Shown here: positions 18,987-28,175 of the stretch, piece after piece | Position numbering within the stretch: the first letter of the stretch is position 1 | Layout: every line of letters begins with the position of its first letter | Assembly (NCBI GenBank): GCA_965202675.1 | Contig: OZ241842.1 | Location: 323,188-387,187, forward strand | Direction of reading: 5' to 3' | From: Candidatus Spongiisociaceae bacterium | Lineage (GTDB): Bacteria > Actinomycetota > Acidimicrobiia > Spongiisociales > Spongiisociaceae | DNA: 64,000 nt | Position numbers and translations under genes: made by a program | Notes under the pieces: model-generated | Seen by the model: only the letters and a program-made list of their open reading frames with translations | Database searches by the model: none | What the model was told of the DNA's origin: nothing

Positions 18987-19088
18987 GACCGCCCCGCCGC
19001 GATTCCGGCGCCTCCCCGGCCAGTCTAAAGAGCAGGACGGCGGGCGGGCCTGCGCGGGCGGAGCGGGGCGGCGGGGTACGATTGGCCG

Positions 19089-20210
19089 ATGCCTCCGACG
19101 ACCGGGTCCGGTCCCCCCACGCCCCCCCGCCGGGGCAGCCCGCCCTCCGGTTCCCGCCGGCCCGCCAAGGTGCTGTTGGCCGAGCCGCGCGGTTTCTGCG
19201 CCGGGGTGGACATGGCCATCAAGGCCCTCGCATGGATGGTCAAGATATTCGACCCCCCGGTGTACTGCTATCACGAGATCGTCCACAACCGGTTCGTGGT
19301 CGAGGCCTTCGAGCGGGCCGGGGTGGTGTTCGTGGATTCGATCCGCCGGGTTCCCCGAGGCGCCCCGGTGATGCTGTCCGCCCACGGATCGGCGCCCGAG
19401 GTGGCGGACGGGGCGGCGGAGCGGGCCGGGGTGGTCATAGACGCGGTGTGCCCGCTGGTTACCAAGGTCCATCACGAGGTCAGGAAAGCCGCCAACCGGG
19501 GCTTCGACATCCTGTTCGTGGGCCACGAGGGCCACGACGAGGCGGTGGGCACCCTGGCGGAGGCCCCCTCGTCCATCACGCTGGTGGAGCCGGAGACCGG
19601 GCTGGCCGATTTCACCCCCGAGGACCCCGGACGGGTGGCCCTCTTCGCCCAGACCACCCTCGGCCTCCACGAATGGGAGGAGGTGCTGTCCGAGGCGTCC
19701 CGGCGCTACCCCGGCCTGGTGACCGCCCGCAAGAGCGACCTCTGTTACGCCACCACCAACCGCCAGGCGGCGGTGCGGGAGATGAGCGGGCGGTGCGACC
19801 TGATCCTCGTGGTGGGTTCGGACAACTCGTCCAACACCAGGGCGCTGGTGCGCACCGCCCGGGTGCTCGGCGCCCCCGCCCACCGGGTGGACTCGGCGGA
19901 CGCCGTCCGCGACGAATGGCTGGACGGCGCCGAGGTGGTGGGGGTGACCGCCGGGGCCTCGGCCCCCGACAACCTGGTGCGGGAGGTGGTGGAGCGCATC
20001 CGCCCCTCCGAGGGCTGGGAGCTGCTCCGCATCACCGAGGAAGACGAATACTTCCCCCTCCCCCGCCGCCTCCGATCCTTCCTCACCGCCCTCGAAGCCG
20101 CCCTCGCCCTCGGTTTCACCGCCCGCCCCGGCGCCCCCGGCCCCCTTTCCCAGGACCGCCAAGCCACCGCCGCCCGCGCCCTGTCCGCCCTGTCCGCCCC
20201 CCAACCCTGA
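19089..20210 (+). CDS. ispH: 4-hydroxy-3-methylbut-2-enyl diphosphate reductase
   Basis: VLLAEPRGFCAGVDMAI and conserved Cys ligands; start may lie slightly downstream of 19089. Confidence 0.85.
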   Translation: MPPTTGSGPPTPPRRGSPPSGSRRPAKVLLAEPRGFCAGVDMAIKALAWMVKIFDPPVYCYHEIVHNRFVVEAFERAGVVFVDSIRRVPRGAPVMLSAHGSAPEVADGAAERAGVVIDAVCPLVTKVHHEVRKAANRGFDILFVGHEGHDEAVGTLAEAPSSITLVEPETGLADFTPEDPGRVALFAQTTLGLHEWEEVLSEASRRYPGLVTARKSDLCYATTNRQAAVREMSGRCDLILVVGSDNSSNTRALVRTARVLGAPAHRVDSADAVRDEWLDGAEVVGVTAGASAPDNLVREVVERIRPSEGWELLRITEEDEYFPLPRRLRSFLTALEAALALGFTARPGAPGPLSQDRQATAARALSALSAPQP

Positions 20211-20317
20211 TCACCCTGTCCCCGCGTTTCGCGAAGCCTCAAATAATTCCCCGCTCTGCCCGCCCGCGTCCACTTCGTGTTCTATAATCCACCCGGATGG
20301 GTGGCAGGAGCTGAGAC

Positions 20318-21007
20318 GTGATAGATGAGGGTACACAAGAGCGCCTGCTGGAGGCGACCAGACAATTTTGGTCTTATCATGTGACGACCGATGAGTTTCA
20401 GAGTCTCGCATCCGGCAAAGAGATCGGACACCGTATCGCCGACTATGTTGAAGAACACACTGTTGGCTTGATCGATGCAGAGTTTTCGACCGGGTATCAA
20501 CTGAAAAGGGATGGACAACGGGCGGCTCGAGGAATGGGCGACGTATGGGTCAAGTCCAATGACATCTTCAATCCGATTAATATAAAGTCCGGAGAATTAT
20601 TCAAAAAAGGTCAACCCAACATGGTATCTCTCAAAAAGCTTCTACGCGGTGTGCTTGAAAGAAAGATTGACTCCTATTACCTGCTCATAGTAAAATTTGA
20701 TCCGATAAACAAACGGGCAGATATAAATTTGGTTGATCTTCTAGACTATCTGGATTATACACATTTTGATTCAGGACCGGGGCAGATAATGCTCCGCGAG
20801 CGAGACTTCTATGAGGTTCTTGATTCCGATTATGAACCACCGCTCTTGACGTTACGAGAAAAGGTGGATATCCTCTTGAAAACACTACAGGAAGGCGACG
20901 AGAGACTGCAAAAGAACCGCGAAAAGGCACAAAAAGAGCTTATGGGACTGGCAGAACAGTTTGACATTGAAATGCCGATCAACCAGCAATCTCTGAATAT
21001 CGGATGA
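20318..21007 (+). CDS. hypothetical protein; candidate restriction endonuclease partner of downstream methyltransferase
   Basis: 229 aa, AT-rich codons, stop overlaps MTase start by 4 nt; no confident nuclease motif seen by eye. Confidence 0.45.
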   Translation: MIDEGTQERLLEATRQFWSYHVTTDEFQSLASGKEIGHRIADYVEEHTVGLIDAEFSTGYQLKRDGQRAARGMGDVWVKSNDIFNPINIKSGELFKKGQPNMVSLKKLLRGVLERKIDSYYLLIVKFDPINKRADINLVDLLDYLDYTHFDSGPGQIMLRERDFYEVLDSDYEPPLLTLREKVDILLKTLQEGDERLQKNREKAQKELMGLAEQFDIEMPINQQSLNIG

Positions 21008-22656
21008 GCCAGGCAAAAGATAAGCGCGTTCCGAAACGGCAGAAGGGGCAGTTTCTTACCCCTCAGCCTCTGGCGCTGGACGTACTGTCCGATATCGAGT
21101 TCAAAAGAACCGATCGTGTACTCGAGCCGGGCTTTGGAGAGGGGTCCTTTCTCCTTCCCTTGATTGAGGCATTTCTGGAACTGTATGATGGTCCGACTGC
21201 CAGCCGACTCGACCATATATTGAACAACAATGTTTGGGGTGTCGAGATAGACCCTGCTATGTATGACAAGGCCCTTTCGAATATTGAAGAAAGAATAGCT
21301 CCACTTCCTGCTTCACATAATCTTTTACTAGAAGACTATTTTGAAACAACTTTTGATAGTAATACTTTGCGCTCTGATTTCGCTAGCGGCTCATTTCGGT
21401 CCAGCCTGGACTTTACGCATGTTATCGGCAATCCACCGTTTGGCGGAACAATTGCGTCCTATTTACAGGATTCACTCGACAAAGTGCTTGGTTGGCGTCA
21501 TGGAATAAAGATCAAAAAGGAGACCTACGCTTGGTTTATAATAAAGAGTCTAGATCTATTAGCGGATGATGGAATACTCAGGTTCATATGCAGTGACACC
21601 TTTCTTACGATATATACAATGCGCGGCCTTCGCAATGCTTTGGCGCTGGAAGGACAACCCACTGTATGGCCACTCAATAAATTTTCGGAAGAAACTTCTT
21701 ATCCGATGGTAGTTCTCGATTGGGTAAAAACAGGCTCTGCAGACCACGTACTAATAGATGGAGATCCTATACCTATTACAGATATTGAGCGGACTGCCAA
21801 TCTATCTTGGGGGTTGAATCGAGACATGGTTCCATATTTTCAAGGGCCGTCCCTCGGTGAATTCATGGTTGCGACGAGTGGAATGACAACAGGAAACAAT
21901 TCTCTGTTTATACGTGAAGTTCACGATAATATTATTTCAGAACCGTATGAGTTCACTTTTGAGGAGGCGCCGATTACTTTGGGCAAAGAGATACAGCGAG
22001 CAAGACTGGGCCGCTTATCTGCCAAAAGGATAAAGCAAATCAAAGAGTTGGAAAAACAAGGAAAGACCAGGCGTGAGCTGAAACCCCTTAGATTGCCTTC
22101 TCCTAACGTTATCGACCTGCCGAACGAAGACTATCTGCCTTATAATAAAGCTACCGGCAGTCTTGTATACAGTCGTCCTACTCACTATATATATTGGAAA
22201 GATGATGGAGATGCTGTTCTGACATATAAGAAAACCGGCAACTGGTATCTTCATGGAATAGGAGGCGCCAAGTATTTCGGCAGAGAAGGTTTGACCTGGC
22301 GGCTGATCTCTGGCACTCTCGATGTCAGATACCTTCCTACAGGATACATACTCGACAGCGGCGCTCCTTGCGCCTTCCCGCGTCCTGGAGTATCGCAAGA
22401 AGAAATGCTGTTCATCATGGGATGGACGCTGACCGACAAATGTACTCAGATCCTCAAGCAGGTCATAAACCATACGATGAACATTCAAGGCAAGGACTTC
22501 GAGCGGTTGCCGTACCCCTTTTGGGTAGGCAGCGACGAACGCTCCGAAGCAGTATCGTTGGTTATGAGTATGCTCGATGAAGGTTTCGATGGGCGTCAAT
22601 TCTCAAGACAGGACCCGGAGTTCGATGCTTTGGAATCTCTATTCAGGATGGCATAG
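21004..22656 (+). CDS. N6-adenine-specific DNA methyltransferase (gamma-class, TaqI/Eco57I-like) with C-terminal target-recognition region
   Basis: Motif I VLEPGFGEGSF, motif IV IGNPPFGG; 550 aa; very low GC relative to genome. Confidence 0.8.
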   Translation: MSQAKDKRVPKRQKGQFLTPQPLALDVLSDIEFKRTDRVLEPGFGEGSFLLPLIEAFLELYDGPTASRLDHILNNNVWGVEIDPAMYDKALSNIEERIAPLPASHNLLLEDYFETTFDSNTLRSDFASGSFRSSLDFTHVIGNPPFGGTIASYLQDSLDKVLGWRHGIKIKKETYAWFIIKSLDLLADDGILRFICSDTFLTIYTMRGLRNALALEGQPTVWPLNKFSEETSYPMVVLDWVKTGSADHVLIDGDPIPITDIERTANLSWGLNRDMVPYFQGPSLGEFMVATSGMTTGNNSLFIREVHDNIISEPYEFTFEEAPITLGKEIQRARLGRLSAKRIKQIKELEKQGKTRRELKPLRLPSPNVIDLPNEDYLPYNKATGSLVYSRPTHYIYWKDDGDAVLTYKKTGNWYLHGIGGAKYFGREGLTWRLISGTLDVRYLPTGYILDSGAPCAFPRPGVSQEEMLFIMGWTLTDKCTQILKQVINHTMNIQGKDFERLPYPFWVGSDERSEAVSLVMSMLDEGFDGRQFSRQDPEFDALESLFRMA

Positions 22657-22799
22657 GGAGCGCGTATCCGTAATGGAACCCCAATTTTCGCCTTGCCGGT
22701 CATACCCCAAGCCCCCCAGTATTACAGATTCTTGCGGCCCCGGTCCAACTTCGAATCATTCCCGGAAGCTCCCTGGCGAACACATCCCGTGAACCGCCG

Positions 22800-23051
22800 A
22801 GAACGCGAAAAACCTGCGCCCCCCCGCCCGGCTCCGCCGGGCACCCTCCCCCGCCGCCACCGCCAGCCATCGGATCTCCGCCTGGACGCGCCGCCCCTGT
22901 TCGGGCGCCGGCGCCCGGCCTGACAAGATTCCCATGATGACCGCCGCGCACTCCGGAACCCGGCGGCGGTGTTTGTGTGTCAGCGAACACATAGTACCGC
23001 AAACCTATGACAGAGTCAATACCCTCATCATAGAACGCTAAAAATAATTCC
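22800..23051 (-). repeat. promoter-bearing repeat element, copy 2
   Basis: AGAACGCGAAAAA start, AAAAATAATTCC end, core identical to copy 1. Confidence 0.75.
22984..23019 (-). promoter_or_regulatory. sigma70-like promoter TTGACT-N17-TACTAT (reads toward 3' end of MTase gene, convergent)
   Basis: -35 rc at 23014-23019, -10 rc at 22991-22996. Confidence 0.45.
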
Positions 23052-23143
23052 GGTCCGGGCTGCCCGGCCTCCTGCGCGCAACCCCCGGAATCCGTCTGCC
23101 GAGGCCGGCGCGGCGGCGCGGGGACCCTGCTTCCATCTGCAGG

Positions 23144-23836
23144 TCAGGCAGGGCGGATGCCCCGTTCGGCGCACAGCCGCAGGACTTCTTCGACGGCCTC
23201 CCCGGCGCTCATGTCGGAAGCGTCGATCACCACCGCGTCCTCCGCCCTGGCCAGCGGCGAGAACGCCCGGGTCGAGTCCAGGCGGTCGCGGCGGGCCAGC
23301 CCCTCCCGCGCCGCTGCCACGCCGGTGGCGTCCTGGCCGGCCCGCCGGGCGGCCCTCACCTCCGGCCGGGCGGTCAGGAACACCTTCGGGTCGGCGCCGG
23401 GGAACACGACCGTGCCGATGTCCCGGCCCTCCACCACCCCCCTCCCGCCGCGGGCGGCCAGCCACCGGCGCTGCCATCCCGCCATGATCAGCCGCAGGCC
23501 CGCCAGCGCCGCCGCCTGGCTCACCTCCGCCGTCACCGCCTCGCTGCGGATCGCCCGGCTCACGTCGACCCCCTCCACCAGCATCGCGCCGTCCTCGTAG
23601 TCGAAGCCGGCCCCGGCCGCCGCCGCCATGACCGCGGCCTCGTCGGAGAGGTCCACCCGGTGCATCATGGCGACCAGGGTGGCGGCCCGGTAGCAGGCGC
23701 CGGTGTCCAGGTGGGCGCATCCCAGGGCGGCGGCGACCGCCTGCGAAAGGGTGGTCTTGCCGACGCCCCCCGGCCCGTCCACGGCCACCACGAACCGCCG
23801 CCCCCCGCCGCCCGCGCCCCCTCCGGCGCCGGTCAC
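23144..23836 (-). CDS. cmk: cytidylate kinase
   Basis: P-loop VAVDGPGGVGKTT; GTG start overlaps aroA stop (GTGA). Confidence 0.85.
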   Translation of the reverse strand: MTGAGGGAGGGGRRFVVAVDGPGGVGKTTLSQAVAAALGCAHLDTGACYRAATLVAMMHRVDLSDEAAVMAAAAGAGFDYEDGAMLVEGVDVSRAIRSEAVTAEVSQAAALAGLRLIMAGWQRRWLAARGGRGVVEGRDIGTVVFPGADPKVFLTARPEVRAARRAGQDATGVAAAREGLARRDRLDSTRAFSPLARAEDAVVIDASDMSAGEAVEEVLRLCAERGIRPA

Positions 23837-25089
23837 AGCGACTCCAGCATGCCGAAGAAGCCCGGCCAGGTCTTGGCCGCGCACCCCGGATCCTCGATCA
23901 GGATCCCCGGCTGCGCCAGGCCCGCCACCGCGAAGGACATGGCCATCCGGTGGTCGTCGTAGGTGCGGATGCGGGCCGGGCGGAGCGGGCCGGGGCGGAC
24001 GGCGATCCAGTCCCCCCCGGCGGACGCCTGCGCCCCCATCCTGTTCAGCTCGTTCTCCAGCGCCGCCAGCCGGTCGGTTTCCTTGATCCGCAGGTTGGCG
24101 AGGCCGGTGAAGCGGCTCGGCCCGGAGGCGAAGGCCGCCGCCACCGCCAGCCCCAGCGAGGCGTCCGGGCAGTCTCTCAGGTCGGCCTCCACCCCCCCGA
24201 GCGGGGAGGCGCCGGCCACGGTGATGCCGCCCGCCCCCGCCCGGACGCCGCAGCCCATCCGTTCGAGCACCCCGAGGGCGGCCATGTCGGCCTGGGTGCT
24301 GGCCGGGTCGATCCCCGTAACCGTCACCGACGCGCCGGTCACGGCGGCCGCCGTCCACGGATAAACGGCGGCGGAGGCGTCGGCTTCCACGGTGAAGGAA
24401 GCGGGCCGGTACCCGCCGGCCGCCGCCTCGACGGTGCGGCGGTCCAGCCACCGGGCCCCGGCGCCGAACGCCGCCATCACCTCCAGGGTGGTGTCCAGGT
24501 AGGGGCGGGACGCCAGGTCGTCCCCCAGATCGAGGGTGACCGTCCGCCCGGCCCGGGGGGCGCTCAGCAGCACCGCCGAGATGAACTGGCTGGACCGGGA
24601 TCCGTCGACCGCGGCCCTCCCCCCCGCCAGCCCTCCCCCCGCCGTCCTCACCGGCGGGTACCTTCCGCCCCGGGCGGCGTCCACCCCGGCGCCGAGGGAG
24701 CGCAGGGCGTCCACCAGCTCCCCGATCGGGCGTTCCCGCATGCGGGGCGTCCCGTCGATCACGCAGGGGCCGTCGGCCAGGGCGGCGGCGGCGGTGATGA
24801 AACGGGCGGTGGTTCCCGAAGCCCGGGCGTCGAGGCGCCCCCCTCCCCGCAGGCGGCCCGTCGACCGCACCCGTAGCCCGCCTTCCGGCGCCTCCTCGAT
24901 ATGCACCCCCATGCGCCGCAGGCATCCGGCCATCGCCTCGGTGTCGTCGCTGCGCAGGGCCCCGGCGATCAGCGACTCCCCCTCGGCCAGGGCGGCGGCC
25001 GCCAGCGCCCGGTTGGTGATGCTCTTCGACCCCGGCGGCCTCACGGACGCATCCCGGATCCGCCGGGGCCGCACCTCGTACCAGCTCAC
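23833..25089 (-). CDS. aroA: 3-phosphoshikimate 1-carboxyvinyltransferase (EPSP synthase)
   Basis: PGSKSITNRAL and LGxG.. motifs; start set at GTG overlapping rluB stop; ORF extension upstream is artefact. Confidence 0.85.
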   Translation of the reverse strand: MSWYEVRPRRIRDASVRPPGSKSITNRALAAAALAEGESLIAGALRSDDTEAMAGCLRRMGVHIEEAPEGGLRVRSTGRLRGGGRLDARASGTTARFITAAAALADGPCVIDGTPRMRERPIGELVDALRSLGAGVDAARGGRYPPVRTAGGGLAGGRAAVDGSRSSQFISAVLLSAPRAGRTVTLDLGDDLASRPYLDTTLEVMAAFGAGARWLDRRTVEAAAGGYRPASFTVEADASAAVYPWTAAAVTGASVTVTGIDPASTQADMAALGVLERMGCGVRAGAGGITVAGASPLGGVEADLRDCPDASLGLAVAAAFASGPSRFTGLANLRIKETDRLAALENELNRMGAQASAGGDWIAVRPGPLRPARIRTYDDHRMAMSFAVAGLAQPGILIEDPGCAAKTWPGFFGMLESL

Positions 25090-25832
25090 GCGCCCCCCCC
25101 GGCCCGGATCCCGTAGAAGGCCCGCACCTCGCCGACCTCCAGCCTGCGCCATTCCCCGGGACGCAGGGCGCCGGCCCGCAGCGGGCCGATCGAGGAGCGG
25201 TGGAGCCGGACCACCGGAAAGCCCGCCGCCGCGCACATCCGCCTGACCTCCCGGTTGCGGCCCTCCCCCATGTCTATCTCCAGGTGGGTGCGGCGCCCGT
25301 CCGATCCGATCCTGCGCACCGCCAGCGCCCGGGCCGGCCCGTCCTCCAGATCCACGCCCCGCCGCAGGGCCGCCAGCTCCCGCCGGCCGGGCGCGCCCTC
25401 CACCAGCGCCTCGTAGGTCTTGGCGACCCCGTAGCGCGGATGGGTGACCAGGTCGGCGAAATCGCCGTCGTTGGTCAACAGCAGCAGGCCGGTGGTGTCG
25501 GAGTCGAGGCGCCCCGCCGGAAACACCCGGGGGCGGGGCGGGACCATCTCCACCACCGTCGGCCGGCCCCGGGGGTCGCGGGCGGTGCTGATCACCCCGG
25601 CCGGCTTGTTCACCAGGTAATGGACCAGCCCGGGGTCGGCGGGGAGCCGGATCCCGTCCACCAGGATCTCGGCCCCGGCCGGGTCGACCCGCAGGCCCGG
25701 CGAAGCCGTCCGCCCGTCCACGGCGACCCGGCCGTCCTGGATCATCCGGTCGGCGGCCCGGCGCGAGGCCAGGCCGCTCCGGGCGATGACCTTCTGCAGC
25801 CGCTCAGCCTTCGGGGGCGGGCCGGCGGTCAC
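25086..25832 (-). CDS. rluB: 23S rRNA pseudouridine synthase, RsuA/RluB family
   Basis: S4 domain RLQKVIARSGLASRR, catalytic GRLDSDTTGLLLLTNDG. Confidence 0.85.
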   Translation of the reverse strand: MTAGPPPKAERLQKVIARSGLASRRAADRMIQDGRVAVDGRTASPGLRVDPAGAEILVDGIRLPADPGLVHYLVNKPAGVISTARDPRGRPTVVEMVPPRPRVFPAGRLDSDTTGLLLLTNDGDFADLVTHPRYGVAKTYEALVEGAPGRRELAALRRGVDLEDGPARALAVRRIGSDGRRTHLEIDMGEGRNREVRRMCAAAGFPVVRLHRSSIGPLRAGALRPGEWRRLEVGEVRAFYGIRAGGGA

Positions 25833-26394
25833 CGGAGGTACCGGAGGAGAAGGAGGCCTGCTCGAGCGACTCGGCCGCCTCGGGGCTGGGCATGTGATCG
25901 GTGATGGGCGGAAGGTCGGAGAGCGACCCCATGCCGAGCGCCTCCAGGAACAGGCCGGTCGTCCCGTACAGGGCGGGGGTGCCGGGGCCAGGCAGGCGCC
26001 CGGTCTCTTCGACCAGGCCCCGGCGGGCCAGGGTGCGGAGGGCGGATCCGGAATCCACCCCCCGCAGCTCGGCGATCCGGCTGCGGGTGACCGGCTGGCG
26101 GTAGGCCACCACCGCCAGCACCTCGAGGGCGGCCTTGGAGAGCCGGGCCGCTCCGTCCGTCTCGGAGTACCGCTCCAGGTAGGGAAGGGCCTCCGGCTTG
26201 GTGTAGAGGCGCCACCCCCCCGCCGCATAGCGGAGAACGATCCCCCGGCTTTCATCTTCCAGCTGCTCCGCCAGGGCGGCCAGGACGGCCTTCACCTCCG
26301 CCGGCGGCAGCTCCAGCACCTCGGCCAGCTCCGCCTCCGGCACGGGGGCCTCGGCCACGAACAGGACCGCTTCGAGAGCCGCTTCCGGGTTCAT
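25804..26394 (-). CDS. scpB: segregation and condensation protein B
   Basis: ScpB winged-helix repeats, AYRQPVTRSRI motif. Confidence 0.85.
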   Translation of the reverse strand: MNPEAALEAVLFVAEAPVPEAELAEVLELPPAEVKAVLAALAEQLEDESRGIVLRYAAGGWRLYTKPEALPYLERYSETDGAARLSKAALEVLAVVAYRQPVTRSRIAELRGVDSGSALRTLARRGLVEETGRLPGPGTPALYGTTGLFLEALGMGSLSDLPPITDHMPSPEAAESLEQASFSSGTSGDRRPAPEG

Positions 26395-27179
26395 GAGCCG
26401 TACCCGTATCCGTCGGCCGCGGCCGGGACCGCAGGAGCGTCATCCCTCCGCCGCACCTCGATCTCGGAGGGGTGCTCCTGCGCCACCGACAGCACCCCCC
26501 ACCGGGCCAGCTCCAGCACGGCCAGGAAGTAGGCCGCCACCTCCACCCGGCGGCGGCAGTGGGACACCAGCCTGCTGAAGGTGGATTCCAGCTCGGCGGT
26601 CATGCGCGCCCTGATCTCCTCCATGGCGCCGCCGATCGACGGCAGGTCGAAGTCCAGGTGGTCGACTTCGAGTTCGGGTTCTACTTCAGGTGCATCCTCA
26701 ACCTCTAGCAGAGCTTCATAGACGGCGGCCAGGGCGTCCGGCGTGACCGCCGGGGGCAGGGCGGGCGCCGCCCGGGCGGCCGTTTCCCGGTCCATCCCCG
26801 CGGTGCGGCCCCGGTAACGGGCCGTTCCGGCCAACCGCCGCCCGAACACGGCCGCCATGTCCTCGAAGGTGAGGAAGGCCAGCAGCCGGGCCAGCAACCG
26901 GTCCCGCTCGTCCAGCAGGGCCAGCTCCTCCTCCAGATCGGGGAGGCTGCGGTCGGCCAGCAGGAAGCGGGCCTTGATCTGGAGGAGCATGGCGGCCATC
27001 AGGAGGAACCCGGAGGCGGCGTTGAGGTCGATGATGCTCATGGCCTCCGCCTCCGCCAGGTAATCGTCCACGATCCCGGCGATGTCCACCCTCGTCACGT
27101 CCACGTGGCGCTGGTTCACGAGCTGGATCAGCAGCTCGAAGGGCCCCTCGAACACCTCCGTCTTCACTTCGTACGCCAT
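26391..27179 (-). CDS. scpA: segregation and condensation protein A
   Basis: N-terminal FEGPFELLIQLV kleisin motif; start at internal ATG 27179. Confidence 0.8.
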   Translation of the reverse strand: MAYEVKTEVFEGPFELLIQLVNQRHVDVTRVDIAGIVDDYLAEAEAMSIIDLNAASGFLLMAAMLLQIKARFLLADRSLPDLEEELALLDERDRLLARLLAFLTFEDMAAVFGRRLAGTARYRGRTAGMDRETAARAAPALPPAVTPDALAAVYEALLEVEDAPEVEPELEVDHLDFDLPSIGGAMEEIRARMTAELESTFSRLVSHCRRRVEVAAYFLAVLELARWGVLSVAQEHPSEIEVRRRDDAPAVPAAADGYGYGS

Positions 27180-27775
27180 GTTCCCGCCTGGCCCGCCTGA
27201 CGCCGCCATCGTAGGCGGCGGAGCCGCCCGGCCGGGGTCTTTCGGGCGGCGGCGCGCCCGGCAAAGGCGCGCAGCCCGGGCAGGCGCGCCCGGTCCGCCG
27301 CCTGCAGCACCGCCCAGTCCCCGGGGGAGATCGAATCCGGCCGCCCGCCGTGGTGGTGGCGGGCGTAGTCGGCCGCCAGGGTCCCGGTGCCCGCCGCGGC
27401 CAGCTCCTCGGCCCCCAGCCGTCCGTGGTCGAGATAGGCGGCCCCCCGTTCCGAGGGGGGAAGCCCCAGCCCGGAGCGGATTACCGTCAGGGCCCGGCCC
27501 GCCGCCCCCAGCCGGGCGCGCCGCTTGCCCGCGTCGTGGAGCAGGGCCGCCCGGATCAGGTCGGTCCGGCCGGGGCGGGACAAGGCAACCGCCCGGGCGG
27601 CGGCCAGCCCGTGCCGCCGGTCCGCCCCGGACTGGCCCCAGAACATCGCCCGTTCGGCGTCCGAGGCCAGCAGGCGGGCGGCCTCGTCCTGCTCGGACGG
27701 GGAGAGCCGCCCGGCCAGCACCGCGTCCGCATACCGGGCCGCCAGATGGGCGAGGCGGGAGAGGCGTTCTCGCAA
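27164..27775 (-). CDS. HD domain-containing hypothetical protein
   Basis: H...HD motif (LLHDAGK) and downstream DH; 203 aa. Confidence 0.5.
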   Translation of the reverse strand: MRERLSRLAHLAARYADAVLAGRLSPSEQDEAARLLASDAERAMFWGQSGADRRHGLAAARAVALSRPGRTDLIRAALLHDAGKRRARLGAAGRALTVIRSGLGLPPSERGAAYLDHGRLGAEELAAAGTGTLAADYARHHHGGRPDSISPGDWAVLQAADRARLPGLRAFAGRAAARKTPAGRLRRLRWRRQAGQAGTWRTK

Positions 27776-27801
27776 AAGGTGCCGTTGCCGGGGCCGGGCG
27801 G

Positions 27802-28146
27802 TCAGCGCCTAGCCGATTTGCATTTCACGCACAGGCGGGACCTGGGGCGCGCCTCCATCCGCTCCGGCGAGATCCGGTTCGAGCACCGGGCGCAGATGCC
27901 GTAGGTGTTGTCGGCGATCCGGCCCAGGGAGGCGTCCACCTCGTCGAGATGGACCTTCAGCGATTCCACGATGCCCAGCACCTCGGTGCGCTCGGTGATG
28001 ACGGTGCCCGCATCGGAGAACCCCTCCCCGAAGTCCAGATCGCTGCGCAGGTCGCCGGACTCGGTGGCGCCCAGCTCCTTCAGCTGGTGCACCAGCTTCT
28101 CCCGCTCCTTCAGCAGAATCTCACGGGCCGCTGCGTAGTCGGCCAT
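27802..28146 (-). CDS. TraR/DksA family C4-type zinc finger protein
   Basis: C-terminal CxxC-x17-CxxC (CARCSNRI...CVKC), coiled-coil N-terminus. Confidence 0.75.
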   Translation of the reverse strand: MADYAAAREILLKEREKLVHQLKELGATESGDLRSDLDFGEGFSDAGTVITERTEVLGIVESLKVHLDEVDASLGRIADNTYGICARCSNRISPERMEARPRSRLCVKCKSARR

Positions 28147-28175
28147 GCGACGCCCCTCTCCGGTAGACCTGTTCC

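Noticed and set aside
17655-20204. 849-aa minus ORF
   Set aside because: Only the C-terminal 443 codons (from ATG at 18986) are Der. The upstream portion is antisense to ispH and low-complexity.
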